Positions 24,701-37,159 of a stretch of DNA of 64,000 nucleotides are shown piece after piece. Positions within the stretch are counted from its first letter, which is position 1. Each line of letters begins with the position of its first letter. Below the pieces are notes generated by a model. It was not told the DNA's origin. It did not search any database and was given only the letters and a program-made list of their open reading frames with translations. The position numbers and the translations under genes are program-made. The stretch is from Phoronis australis. Taxonomy: Eukaryota > Animalia > Phoronida. The stretch lies in the NCBI GenBank assembly GCA_002633005.1, contig NMRA01000748.1:104462-168461 (forward strand). Reading direction: 5' to 3'.

Positions 24701-27326
24701 TGGAAGCCTATTGTTTTTGGTCATGATCGGATCTGAAGATGGCAGACATGGTGGCCATTTTGTTTCAGATATCTGATTCAGCTGCTCATAGAACCCGGAA
24801 TTTTTGACGTACCGGGCTCAAACTCAGCACAAATATGAAACAATGCAGTTTCTCCGAATTTTCTAAAAAATCATTTACTTCCAGTCAAAAATGGCGGAAA
24901 TATCAGCAATGGCGCATACGCACCTTGATTTCAGGTAAAAAAAATGTTTTGTCCTGTAGAGGGCGCTTTAAAGGACCAATTGCTTTGAAATTTTTTAGGT
25001 ATTAGTTTTTTGTCGCCAGCTATCATCCAGTCCTAAAAAAACAGAAGTTGATTCCAAGATGGCGGATCTGGTGCATGTTGACCCATTTTCAGTCGTGCCA
25101 GAGTACCATTTTAAACGGGAAGAGAAAATGATGTGAATTTTTGCATGTGGATTCTCTGAGGTACACTCTTTCAAATGAACCCTAACAATTTTTTCTCAGA
25201 CTTACCGTTTTCGAGTTATTTGACTTTGAATTTCAAAAAAAAAAACGCAAAATTTCATTTTTGTCTAAAAAATTACGAAATTTTGCGATACAATCAATTT
25301 AGATAGAGTTTCAAACGAGTTTTCAGAAGATGTTTTTCTTTTTTCACTAGGACGTCTACTTTTTGAATTATTTGAGATTTTCTGATAGCACTGTTCCTTT
25401 GTTGAGCGCTCTTGCTGCATTGATGTTAGTTAAGCTTCTACTGAACAAGACTGCAGCCTATTTCTTATTGATTTATGATATCTAAGTTCGTCATATGAAT
25501 GTTATGATGTTGCTCATCTTCATCCCCATTGTTATCATATTCGTCATCTTCGTCATCATCTCTGTCGTCGTCTTTTCAGTTAATTTCGCCAAGTGTCACT
25601 CAAGACTGGCCTATTTCTTACTGATTTATGACCTGTATGTTCGTTACGATCATTGCCATATTCATCACCTTCGTCATCATCTTTATCATCGTTTTTTCGG
25701 TTAATTTCGCCAAGTGTCGCTCCTCGGAGCGCTTTCATACTTCTGGTCGCTATCAAACCGTACGGTAACCAGTCAAAATCTTTCTTTCATTTCGGAAGGA
25801 ATTCCTGTTTTCGTTTATTGGTTTCATACTGTTGCTTGGTTATTTCACGCCCTTTGCTTTGGTTACCAGTTGCAAGATGAGAACTCCTTCACTTGAAACC
25901 ATACGTAAACTAACTACCGTACTCGTCTGCGTTACCGCCTTGGGTGCTTAAACTGGGAATCTAAAAAAACAGGGGGTGGGCGGTAAGCCGAGCATGGGCG
26001 GTTAAAATCGAAATTTCGGAAAAGTCAGGAGTTGTTGCTTACTGCACGGAGGACCGATTTCACCCGAACGGAAATACAGTGACGTCGGACTTCAAGCATA
26101 TCAGTTAAAATATAGGTCGGGGGATTGAAGTAACGGACTTCGACGGCCTGCGCACATGATACAGTGGCGTCGTGATCCTGAGCGCAATTGGGTTTTCATG
26201 TACCTCGGTCGCTGCTGGTTATCTCTTAGAACTAAGGTATTCCTAAAGGTAGGCATGTGTTCAGTTGGGCAAGTTTCTTGAGAATAAAGACAGATCAAGC
26301 AAGACTCCGCTAGTTTGCGGTGTACTTTTAAGGGAAGCACTTGATTGTGTAAAGGTTTGCTGGACACCTAGGCAACCAAGCATGTGCTAATGATTGACAG
26401 GTCTTCGTCAGTACTGAGTACTTTGAACTTGGTTAGGCAACCCAGCAGTGCTAATGATTGACAGGTTTTCTTATTGAATACTTTGAACAATGAAATATTT
26501 TATATACATTAATTGCATATTTCTTTTTTAGTTCAAAGCCAACACCGCTGTCGTTCAAAGCATGTGCTCAACAATCGGACGATACTACTCTTAGGCAATA
26601 AGGGTACTCGGTCAGCTGCCGAAATAATAAAGCAAAAACACAGCTTGTAAAAAGTCATCGGGCAAATCAAAAGTTCAAAAAGTTTTTGACCACGTAGAAC
26701 ATGGACAAAATGTTCAACTTGCACTAAAGACAAGTTGATTTTTGGGCTCTTGCCTTTGGTTGGGTGCTTCCATTTTGGTGTCAGGAGAGAAAGTCATTAA
26801 AAACATGCATTTATCCAAGACGGGAACAGCAACACAAGTTGGCTTGTCACAATGGACCATGTCTTATCCTATTTCAATGCTCAGGGTGGTTATGCTTCGT
26901 CACTGTCACGGGAAATCCCAGAAAGATTGGCCACGGACATGATATCCCTGTCAAGTACTGCTTTGCTGGTTCTTCTACAGCAAATGAAATACATTCGACA
27001 AGCGCTGTCTCAGTGATCAGTACACGCCAACATGAGTTCCGCGCGTGAGCCAAAGGAAACAATTGTGTCTCCTTCAGTAAAGGGCATGAGAATACGGATA
27101 TTTTACCGCCATGGTAAGGCAAGGTCCCGGCTTCGCTAAACCTGATTGATTGTCACAGAAAGGTAATAGAATTGCGCACGTTTTGGAATCTTAATTTTGT
27201 GCGACGAACGTTTGCAGAGAAATTCATTGACTTGTCCTGTCGGACAAGCTACTCGGCCGTGAGCTTATCCCGGACCAACAAATTGGTTTTCCCGGGCAGT
27301 CGGACTACCGTTAATGTCGAGCCCTG
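21756..27326. mobile_element. 5.57-kb non-autonomous hAT-like element with 5-bp TSD (hAT5-type)
   Basis: Perfect 17-bp TIR CAGGGCTCGACATTAAC / GTTAATGTCGAGCCCTG flanked by TATAT on both sides; no intact transposase seen. Confidence 0.85.
21773..25748 (-). mobile_element. Helentron/HINE-like element with an internal array of ~600-bp units, nested in the hAT5-like element
   Basis: Terminal hairpins CGGAATTC-ttc-GAATTCCG (next to a T-run) and CGCTCC-tc-GGAGCG, short subterminal AAGTAT/ATACTT; four related units starting ~22060, 22735, 23410 and 24880. Confidence 0.7.
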
Positions 27327-27449
27327 TATATAGAAGAGAATGGCATTTATGTAGACCATGTTTGTATAGTGTGAGCTCACAATAAAGGGAAACTGAAAGT
27401 GAAGTTCCAAAATATTATTGGGAGTAGTCAAAAACAAACAAACATGCTG

Positions 27450-28480
27450 CAAGATAGGTCCAAGTGAAATCTACCATGATATGCCTACCCAAAAGATCAC
27501 ACAAAGTTCAGGTAGAACCGCATGATCAAGTGGAATATTTCAATAAGACACATAAAGGTACAGAAAACATTTATGTAAACGAAAGCGATCTTCGTTTGGA
27601 GCGACAGTAGGTGTAATCAAATCAAAATTTAAAGGTAAGGACATTGATGAAACCAAAAACATGAACAACCATGACCTGACAATTATTACACCAATGCATT
27701 AGATATTTACATATCAAATTTTAAAAGGTTTGGTCAAAGGATCGCGGAGCTAGAGCTCCACCATCATAATTTAAAAATGCCCGTCACAGCACCATCTTGC
27801 ATCCGATTTCACCTAAAAACAAAATAGTACATAAGTTTCATGTCAACCGAATGAAATGTATTTGATTGGCATGTATGCTTACACCTATGTGCAGAAAATG
27901 AAGAGAATTCCTTGAAAAATATAGGCGACATATTTTGAAAATAGATGACCTTTGCACTAACTAACCCTTCTGGTACATTACAAGCTCTTTTAGAATTATT
28001 GCGGTCTGAAAAGTTTAACTGTTGACACATCAAAATACGTGTTGAATGAAAAGGTTAATATTTCAGAAGAAAAACACATCTAATGACCCCATGGTTGCAC
28101 CAAACGACCTGAAACTTTGAAATTGTAATTCAGTTACATGTACCAATCAGTTTTATGTGAATTTAAGTGCCTAACTTAAAATCTTAGTGTGCACTCAATG
28201 ACCTTTGACCTATTGATTGGATGACTTAGAAAAGTTATCGTTTGATTGGCATGTAGACTTACACATGTATACTGAAACTGAAAATAATTCCTTGAAAAAA
28301 TAATTTTAAGGGCCTAATTGCACCTATTAACCACTTACGGTGCATTATGGGTCAAAAATATATTTTATGAAATTTATGAGTGGCTCAAAGGTAATTGGAA
28401 AGTTTCAAAGTTGAAAGTTGAGTTGTTTGACATTTATTAAGCTCTAGAAAAGGTCAGAAAGAAAACAATAAAAACTAGCT
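27450..28480. repeat. Degenerate interspersed repeat with an internal ~380-bp duplication
   Basis: tttgattggcatgta..cttacac...ttccttgaaaaa at ~27861 and ~28241; repeated tgacc motifs. Confidence 0.5.
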
Positions 28481-29733
28481 GCTACCACACGAAAGGCCCG
28501 AATTATATATAAGATGTAGACTGAAGGGAGCAAAATTAAGCCCACAGACTGACGTCACCCAGGCTGTTAAGTCAAAGGTCAGCACAAAACTGGCCAGTCT
28601 CCCTCTGCATCCGCAAAAAACAACTCACAAGAAAAAAAGATCACTTCGAATCTAAATAAAGGCGAGGACCACTACCTGGGACAAAGGCAGTGACAAAATG
28701 GGAGCAACAAAGGTCTGTGAGAGGAGTGGGGGAGACAGAATTTGTGCGAACTTTACGTTCTTTATAATAGATACTAAGAAGATAACAACCCAAGAATAAC
28801 AAGACTGCGCTGGTAGGTGCAGTGTAGATATAAACCATAGGTGAAACAAAAGCTCTATTTATATGCAGCACTTTTACACCCATAAGTAATATCATACACC
28901 ATAATTATGAATTTGTATCGGGTCCATATGGAAAAAAATGATATTTGTGGTCAGTACTCTGAAACCCAGAACAGAGATAGATTCCACATCTGCCCCTAAG
29001 GTACCACCGAAAGATGGGGCTGTCAAATTCGATACTGCAAAATGCGGACTCGTTGCCGTGACAATTGCTTAGAAATAAAAAGCAGACCTAAGCAGCTGTA
29101 ACATTGACTAAGTAATGATGATTGGTGTCCTTCCTGTGCTCACGTTAAAAACAGACTTGAAAACAGTACAAATGACCACAAGATACTTTGAATTCATCTG
29201 AAAACGGGAGGATAGTGTCCTCTCACTAATAGATGCCAATCTGCCAAATTATAAGGAGGACCTCCGAAGATAGAATGGTAAGTATAAAAAACTAAAATTG
29301 CCCCTATGGGGCATACCGATAGTCGGATTAAACCAAACTTTGTCATCATTCTTCGTAAGCTTCATAGGTACGCATCTGCTAAATCTCATCAAGATTCTTT
29401 GAGGGGTATAAGTGATACAACTGCAGACGCTAGACACCAGATAGAGATGACGGCAATATGCAGAATTGGCTTCACTTTGTTATATTTTTCTTATTTCATT
29501 CGGCAATTCGTAAATATTTCATTTAAAAAGCCTTTTCCCTCATTTTCCCCCACAAAATTCTGAGGACTGGGAAATGTTAACTTCAGTTATCTTCAGCCAC
29601 TAGATCAGAACAGTAAGATGTGTTCCAAGCAATGCCGAATCAGTTGAAAGTCTCTATTGTTATGTGCTGAAAGTTCTAGTGTTCTTTTACGAATTTTAAC
29701 GTATTTTAAGCTGGCATTAGCATTTGAAAAAGA

Positions 29734-29945
29734 ATGCCACACAGATGTGTAGTGGGAGGTTGTGACAATACACCATGGGCTGCGGTGCCTGTACACAGAT
29801 TTCTCAATGATCTAAGACTGCGTGGCTATTGGGATCATAGACTATCAAGTTTGCAAGGAAGTGCAAATAAGGCTATCCAAACATTCTTTTCTTTTTTGAG
29901 GAAATTCTTCTAAATCTTCCAAAAGATGATGCATCCCACTCCCAC
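29734..29945 (+). pseudogene. THAP domain remnant
   Basis: ATG at 29734 gives MPHRCVVGGCDNTPWAAVPVHRFLNDLRLRGYW (C-x4-C, HRF, W); the central C/H part is missing and stops follow. Confidence 0.7.
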
Positions 29946-30860
29946 TGACGAGGTGGGCTTTTGCTGAACTGAAAGGCATGTTCAGCAGGCTACTAAGTAA
30001 CACATTTTGATACATGTTGCAATAAAAAGCAACTCTGAAAAATTTTCAGTGTTTTTGAAACGGATTTTGCTAAATTTTATGACTCGCGGTGATTCCGACC
30101 CCTGCCTCATGTGCCATTTGCTCAAAATGGATATTAAATCAAAACATAAGGTTTTGTGATAAAATATAACTTTCAATTCATAAACGACACACCATAAAAC
30201 TTTTTATATGTGCTAACTGCGAAGCGATACCGTAGCTAGTTTACAGTGAAACAACACATGTAGGTGAGATAAAAGGTCATATATATTATAACAAACTAAA
30301 CTACTACAGATATCGGTAATTACAAGTTTGATAGAATGTTGAGCTAGTGTAAAGGTGGGTGACAATCTGCCACAGATGCAGCAGAAGGATGCATCCGCCC
30401 ACCCAATTTTATCCCACTTTGACTCCATCTATGCACACCATGAAACGCAAGACCAATCGACAAATTTTGTCACAAATCACAGTTAAGGCCTAAGCACCTA
30501 ACAGTCCCAATCCTAGGACTTGCATTTTATGTAATTTGAAGAAATAAACAAAACAAAGAAAAGAAATACATTTGCCTAATATTCGTTCACAGACTCATGG
30601 CAATGTTTTCATTTCTCCTCTTGCGGTGATGAAACATCACAAGCGTCGCGGTCATTAACAGTGGGATCTGCCACTGAATTCCAGCCTTCACACCGAACTC
30701 AGCAATAAGCGACAGGCCCACTTGTGGCCACTCATGGTTCAAACCTATAGGCAAGGAGTGTAGTAGTATAGGAGAGTTCACTTGTGAGTTCGCTGTTACC
30801 GCTGCTACTAGCGCCGCCAAGTGGTGATTAAGCAACTGTCAATCAGGAAGCGCCAAAACA

Positions 30861-31673
30861 ATGGGGAAGGACGCATTTTGCAGTGCGATAAATTGCACTA
30901 ATTCATCCATGACAACCCCAGACGTGTCATTTTTTAGGTTTCCTAAGGATCCGGGAAGGTAAGTATTATATGTTATTCAACAATATGATACATTGTCTTT
31001 CATTTTGTGAGTTCTGTTCACGGTTGTTAGACAAGTGATCGCACGTCCCGGTGCCACTGTCTGTTGTCTGCAGCTGAGTGTAGGCTAGGCCTACTGGTCA
31101 GCCGGCGGAAGGACTACTGATTAACGTAAGATGTGATCGTCAGCTTTTTGGATACTTGCAGTCCATGTATTCCAAATCAAAATGTCACTCTAACGATCGA
31201 GGGATAATTTTAGGAAAACATACCCATGGCCATGGGTGATATGAATCATCGTGGTGACACGGCCATGGCACAATCACAGCCATAGGGACTCATGTTTTCA
31301 TTAGTCAAGTTAAAGAATCTGTGGGTCTTGGTGAAAAGTTGTGCGGCCCTTAAAATATCCTTGGATCGACATTTGAGTCCTAGTTTTTTTTAGTTCTGAC
31401 ACCAAGACGCTTTTGTCTCTATCACAATCGCAGTACGACAGGACTTCTGTTGTGTTGTGTAGTTTAGAGTAGGCTACCAGTCTTCTGTGAACCTGGTGAG
31501 TATGAGGTTTGTTCCTGAGTCTTTCATTGATTTCTGTTCAGGTGCAAGCACTTGGAGCCGACCTTATGAATAGAGATGCAACCTACCTGTCCAAGAACTG
31601 CAACGTATGCTCTCATCACTTCGAGGAGTCCATGTTGATGAATGAAGAACAAACTGGTATTGAATGCAGTGCC
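30861..31673 (+). pseudogene. Two-exon THAP (THAP12/PRKRIR-like) transposase remnant, frameshifted, running into the N gap
   Basis: Exon 1 30861-30958 MGKDAFCSAINCTNSSMTTPDVSFFRFPKDPGR, donor gtaagt. Exon 2 from 31542 (ttctgttcag): CK, frameshift, ADLMNRDATYLSKNCNVCSHHFEESM, frameshift, KNKLVLNAVP. Confidence 0.85.
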
Positions 31674-32103
31674 NNNNNNNNNNNNNNNNNNNNNNNNNNN
31701 NNNNNNNNNNNNNNNNNNNNNNNNNNNNNNNNNNNNNNNNNNNNNNNNNNNNNNNNNNNNNNNNNNNNNNNNNNNNNNNNNNNNNNNNNNNNNNNNNNNN
31801 NNNNNNNNNNNNNNNNNNNNNNNNNNNNNNNNNNNNNNNNNNNNNNNNNNNNNNNNNNNNNNNNNNNNNNNNNNNNNNNNNNNNNNNNNNNNNNNNNNNN
31901 NNNNNNNNNNNNNNNNNNNNNNNNNNNNNNNNNNNNNNNNNNNNNNNNNNNNNNNNNNNNNNNNNNNNNNNNNNNNNNNNNNNNNNNNNNNNNNNNNNNN
32001 NNNNNNNNNNNNNNNNNNNNNNNNNNNNNNNNNNNNNNNNNNNNNNNNNNNNNNNNNNNNNNNNNNNNNNNNNNNNNNNNNNNNNNNNNNNNNNNNNNNN
32101 NNN
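31674..32103. other. Assembly gap (N run)
   Basis: Continuous Ns. Confidence 1.
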
Positions 32104-32432
32104 NTCACGCCTTCCACCTGGCTGGTGTTAGCACAGTTGGCGCACACACACCGATGTACCATGTCTAAATCACGCCAAGATTGAACGCTCCTTGTTCGCC
32201 TTCCACTGTTTTGTATGGGCGGTAAACTGCATTGTGGGATATTATCTAGTTTGTGTTCCCCAACACCATGTCACGGTGTCAAAGGTCAACTTTTCGCGGA
32301 TTTTTTTTAATTTTCGCTTTTTAACGTAACTTCAGACACAATAACATGATAATTGGAAGAAGATATATCCAACTAATAATATCTTGAAAATATTATTACA
32401 ATTTAACATACTTAGACCTTGCAATTTACACT
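32104..32432 (-). mobile_element. End of a probable Kolobok-like element with a THAP ORF start (ATG 32162, MVHRCVCANCANTSQVEGV) reading into the gap
   Basis: THAP-type C-x4-C start; ZNF143/Staf-like TCCCACAATGCAG (minus strand, 32227-32239) upstream; TTAA at 32433-32436. The other end is not visible. Confidence 0.55.
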
Positions 32433-34072
32433 TTAAGCTCATCGGCTAAGACGTTCAACACAATCTGCTTCAAAGTCGCCATACTGGATCGCACAGTGAG
32501 CGCTCACAGCTGTTCAGGAGCTATTCCTTGTGTTCGCGAGTACACGCTAGCGGGCGCTCACTCTGTTGAACACGCTTCTGGTGCAACAGGTTTGTGTAAT
32601 GTTATTCTTTGTGTTGGAAAGCACTTATTTTGGTGTCATTGAAACTATGTTTTTAATTGACTTTCACCTAAGGCAATATTCACAGAAACCCTAAAGCTAA
32701 TCTCCCTTCTAATGGTAGTACAGCGCCTCATTTGGAACGGCTTCATACAGAATTATACAGTTTCACTTGAACAATTGTAATACAATGGTCACATATTTTC
32801 TTCTTTTTTAAAGAAATCTGCATTATGTAAAAATTATCTAACCTGCGTTCAAAATGGCGCATACTAGGAATTTCCAAAACCCTGAGTAACTGTGTTACAA
32901 CTCAACCAAGAAATCTCAAAACATCTATTTTGTTCAGGAAATAATAGGTCCAATCTAACTCTTGAATGCACTATGATTATTCTGGGACTGAACAGAGACT
33001 TTCATTGACTCCTTCTACACTCCAAATTGCACTTTTGCTGGACTGCATACAATCTACAACCTTTACCTGAAGCAACTACGTCCTCAGGGAATTTCCAGCG
33101 TCACACGTCAAAGTCACGGGACAATTTATCACTATTAGTTTCTCTTTCGAACCTCCTAAAATTTGAAACATCTGACAGTACATGTAACAAAGAATTTTTC
33201 TTCAATTTAAATTTCTAAAAGTTTGAACGTGTACCATCTATACTTTTTGACTACAAGATTCTTATGTTTAAGTATCACAATACCATAAGTGCCCACATTA
33301 GGATTGTCTACATGCACTTCAATATGATTCATATAATTACGACACTTGGCGAAAAGACCAAACAGTGAATAGAAAAGACCCGACAGAGTGATAACCATTC
33401 TGTATCACTAAAATTTCATTCAGTTACAGCTTTTTATCTGCAAAACTTACACACCACATAAGCACGAACAAAAAAGTTGCTGTAGCTGAGTGGTTTGGTT
33501 AACCTTTTAAAGATCTGGGGTTGTAACTTTCAGTATCAGTCAATAGATACGGTAACAACATTTACACAAACCTAAGGTAATCAGTGAGGTCATACCCAAA
33601 GAGGGTTGAATAGGGTAATTTTACGCGACTAACAATGGAAAGACCTGTTCCACACAAGAACAAGGCAGAGTATTGATAGGAATGCAATCAGCATAAATAT
33701 GAGGGGAGGTCATATTTCAAATCATGAACTAAGGGGAGCAGCAGCAGTCATTAACCCCGGTTGAAAAACGATGCCAGTCACATAAAATTTAAAATGAATA
33801 GACTTGAATGTCCATTCTTCAAGCTGTTTGATAAATAGAGAGGCAGATGCAAAAAGAGACATCAGAACATTACAAGAGCAATGCAGAGATTCGATATGCA
33901 CCAAATTTGTGCATCGCATACAGCACAGACACACGAGATGATCATTATTTTAAACATTCTCAATAAAGGCAGGAAAACTAGAAAATTTCAAATATCTTAT
34001 AGAAGGTGCAAAGTCAGCAATGCTATCCTCAACATGAACATAGCTGTACACATACAGTGTGGGCATGGTAAA

Positions 34073-34465
34073 TATGTATTTGCATGACCATAACTATGCT
34101 AATGTATTGCAGGAACTTAACGACAACGCTACTTGAACATCGTCTACGCTAAACGAAGTGCAGTTGGATTCATTGACAACTTGTATGTGAAAACAAAAAA
34201 ATTCTGCTAATAGGTGACCTTTTCACTTATGTCATACCGGGGGCTCACATAGCTGCGTCATGCAGTGTTATTCTCCAACACCAAGTCACTATACTTAATG
34301 GACATGATAGAGTGATTTACAGCAGATCATTTCAACACAAAACTCAGTATTAAAGACATTTGGCAATTTTCAACGTACTTCGTATTCACATCTTCACTAT
34401 GTGTTGTGTTCCTAACTAATTTGACCAAGAAGTCACAAAGATAAGGAATTAGCACGCAAATTCCA
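34073..34465 (+). repeat. Diverged non-coding duplicate of 46083-46455
   Basis: Colinear blocks atgtatttgcatg, taactatgctaatgta, aagtgcagttg, aataggtgaccttt, acatttggcaattttcaacgtacttc, ttgaccaag in both copies. Confidence 0.85.
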
Positions 34466-37159
34466 TGACAGCGTCAAAAGGTCGACTATAGGGTCACCAA
34501 CTCAGATCTCGAAAAAAATTGTGTGTAGTTCATACATCCTGATGGGATAAGTTCAAAATGTTTACATGAACCTTTTGCGCCATCATGAATGTTTCGGCCC
34601 AAAATAACACATTTTGGTTCAAAAATGTTCAGTTAGTGAAGTTGTTTTAAAACGACTTTGAAGAAGGGGAAAGAAGAACTCTTTATGTTTGTGTAGACAT
34701 TGAACCTATCAGAAGACAATCTTCGCATTCGTAAAGGAGTTTTCGTTAACCTTCACTGGAGTGTCAAAATTTAATTTTGGGTATTTGATTTTTAGACATT
34801 TTTAAGTGTTCTGGAAGCCAGTTTGCGTGGTGCTGGTAGTTTCCAATATTTTTCATCAGTTTGTTGTCTGACTAAGAAAACAAAATAATAAAAGATGGGC
34901 ATATTGTTTGTTTTCAAGCAACAGCCAATAGACATACCATCGTGTATTTCACAGTGCCTGACTATGGGCAGTATGCAGCTGCATCTGATAAACCTCATAA
35001 AGGGGCTTCATTAATTTTTGCAAATATGTTTCTATCGTCGACGTCAATTTTTAGATATATCGACTGCTGCTGGCCCCTGGTGTCAGTTTCTATTAATAGA
35101 TTTCAATGGTGGAATTTAAGGAAATTTGGCCAAACTGTTTCCATCGAGGAAACGACAGAACATGTATATTTAAGAACGTTTCAATATTAATCTAATGTTC
35201 TGTCACAATATTTTGTTTTCTTTCTACTATGGTACCTGGGGATGACTTGGTTAATATCGAAACCTCATTTACATACTGCACGATAGCTTGTGTATTTTGT
35301 TTTGCACTTCTTTTAATTTCTTTACATGCATGTTTTTCGAGTGGTACCACATCAGTGACAGGTTTAGGAGTTTGGAAACCCCTCATATGTCTAACCTATG
35401 AAGCTATGAGGTAGGAGTCAAGTAAGCTTCACACTTCATAATCCAAATGTAACCCATTTGCGTAGACCAAGTACGATTTTTCAACTTTTGTTGTTTTGAT
35501 ATATCTTGAAGTGGAAAGTAACTGGTAACAAAACATAAAACAAATAGAACAATTTATGTGAGAAATTTAGAAAAAACATGTGTCTTTCAAACAAAAATGA
35601 TTTTCGAACAATTTCAGCAGTAGCATAGTGCAAGGTGGGCTCTTCAAAATGAATTTTAAATAGAATATTCATAATAGCTATGGCACAAGCACTGGAAAAT
35701 TGTACGAAACTGCTTTTTTGTAGCAGCGTGTCTACAAATGTACTTAGTTAAATCTTCATCAATGACAACATATCCAGTTCAACATGTCCTTCAGTTCAGA
35801 AAAGTTTTCATGTTGTCCAATGTGAATTGTGAGCACTTTAACTACTCATTGAGTTAGTTGCACCTATGTGATTAAATTCTGGTGTAAACTCTTGGATTGT
35901 ACAGAATAAGAGTGGGTTTCCACCCCAGAACCGTATTCCATATATGTTACATACTGTCATAGTCAACCTGGGTTTTCAATTACAGTTCTACCACTTTGGT
36001 TAAACACTCGGATAAGTGAATGTGAACTTCTGGAGCAACATGGCAGCTTGATAACATGTTCTACTGACTGGCCAAATCCCAGTGACAGCTTCAGATAACC
36101 AACTCATGCAGTTGCTGGGGCTTTATTTGCGGCATACAAGGGACATGAGAGGTAGAGAGAAACCTCTTTTTACATCAAGGATGCACATAATTGAAGTGTA
36201 ATGTGAATACGCAATACACTAAAAGACATCCAGTTAAGACACTTGCACCTGTGAGTGAGGCATTAGGAACCTTTCGAATGGCAAAAAATTTTACATTAGC
36301 AACACAAAAAGTTACAATTCGAGTACAATAACACCAAAAAAGGTATGCTTCTACGACTGTTTATTAAAATCAAAAATGGCCACCTAACTAAGTGATGCAG
36401 AATATGTCAAAGCTGGGCAGAGATGATGGCAATGTGTACAAGTTGGTGCATAAGAAAGGATCTATATGTTCACAGCACGATCATTACGGCGTTCTCTCGT
36501 TCAGAGACTTTACTAGAAGTAGAGGGTAGTGAGCGTGTGATAACATTTAGCTCTTTGTTAACTGGTATGATAACAGACAGGCAAATTATCTATTGGGCTT
36601 ATAACAGACCACATGAGAACACAGTCAAACCCAGATCCAATTGGTACATTCGGAAAGAATAGATTGTCATAACTTCGGTAGTTGTGGTTGGGCAATTTTG
36701 GCGATTCAAAACTAAACATGATCAGCATTTGACGGTACATTGAGAAATGCTACTGGTTTATGTTCAATTTTTTTATAACTTAACTTTTATTTCTAACAGC
36801 ACAGCCTAGTCAGGTGCAAGATAAGATCTTATTGGGAATTAGAGCAATTATCAAACAAAAGAGAGATGTCCCTCCGTAAATGCCAGAATGGAGTCAATCA
36901 GTCGTGCAAGATATTGGCTACAGGGGTCATCTTCCCTACTTGTTGTTGGGCTATAGAATCGAACAAGTTGGGATCAACGGGAAAATGCCATAGTGTCTCA
37001 AGGGACCTTTTTCCTTGAATTAAGGGAACTTCACCAGGGTCGAAACTGACTGTGCCTGTCAGGATCTTCAATAATGTTTACCCTCCATTCCTAAGGACAT
37101 GTTGCAAAGATAGCACGCAACACGAGGCAAGGGCATCGTACTTATACATTACCGATTAC

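Noticed and set aside
31509-32184. Long ORFs spanning the gap
   Set aside because: Artefacts of translating through Ns.
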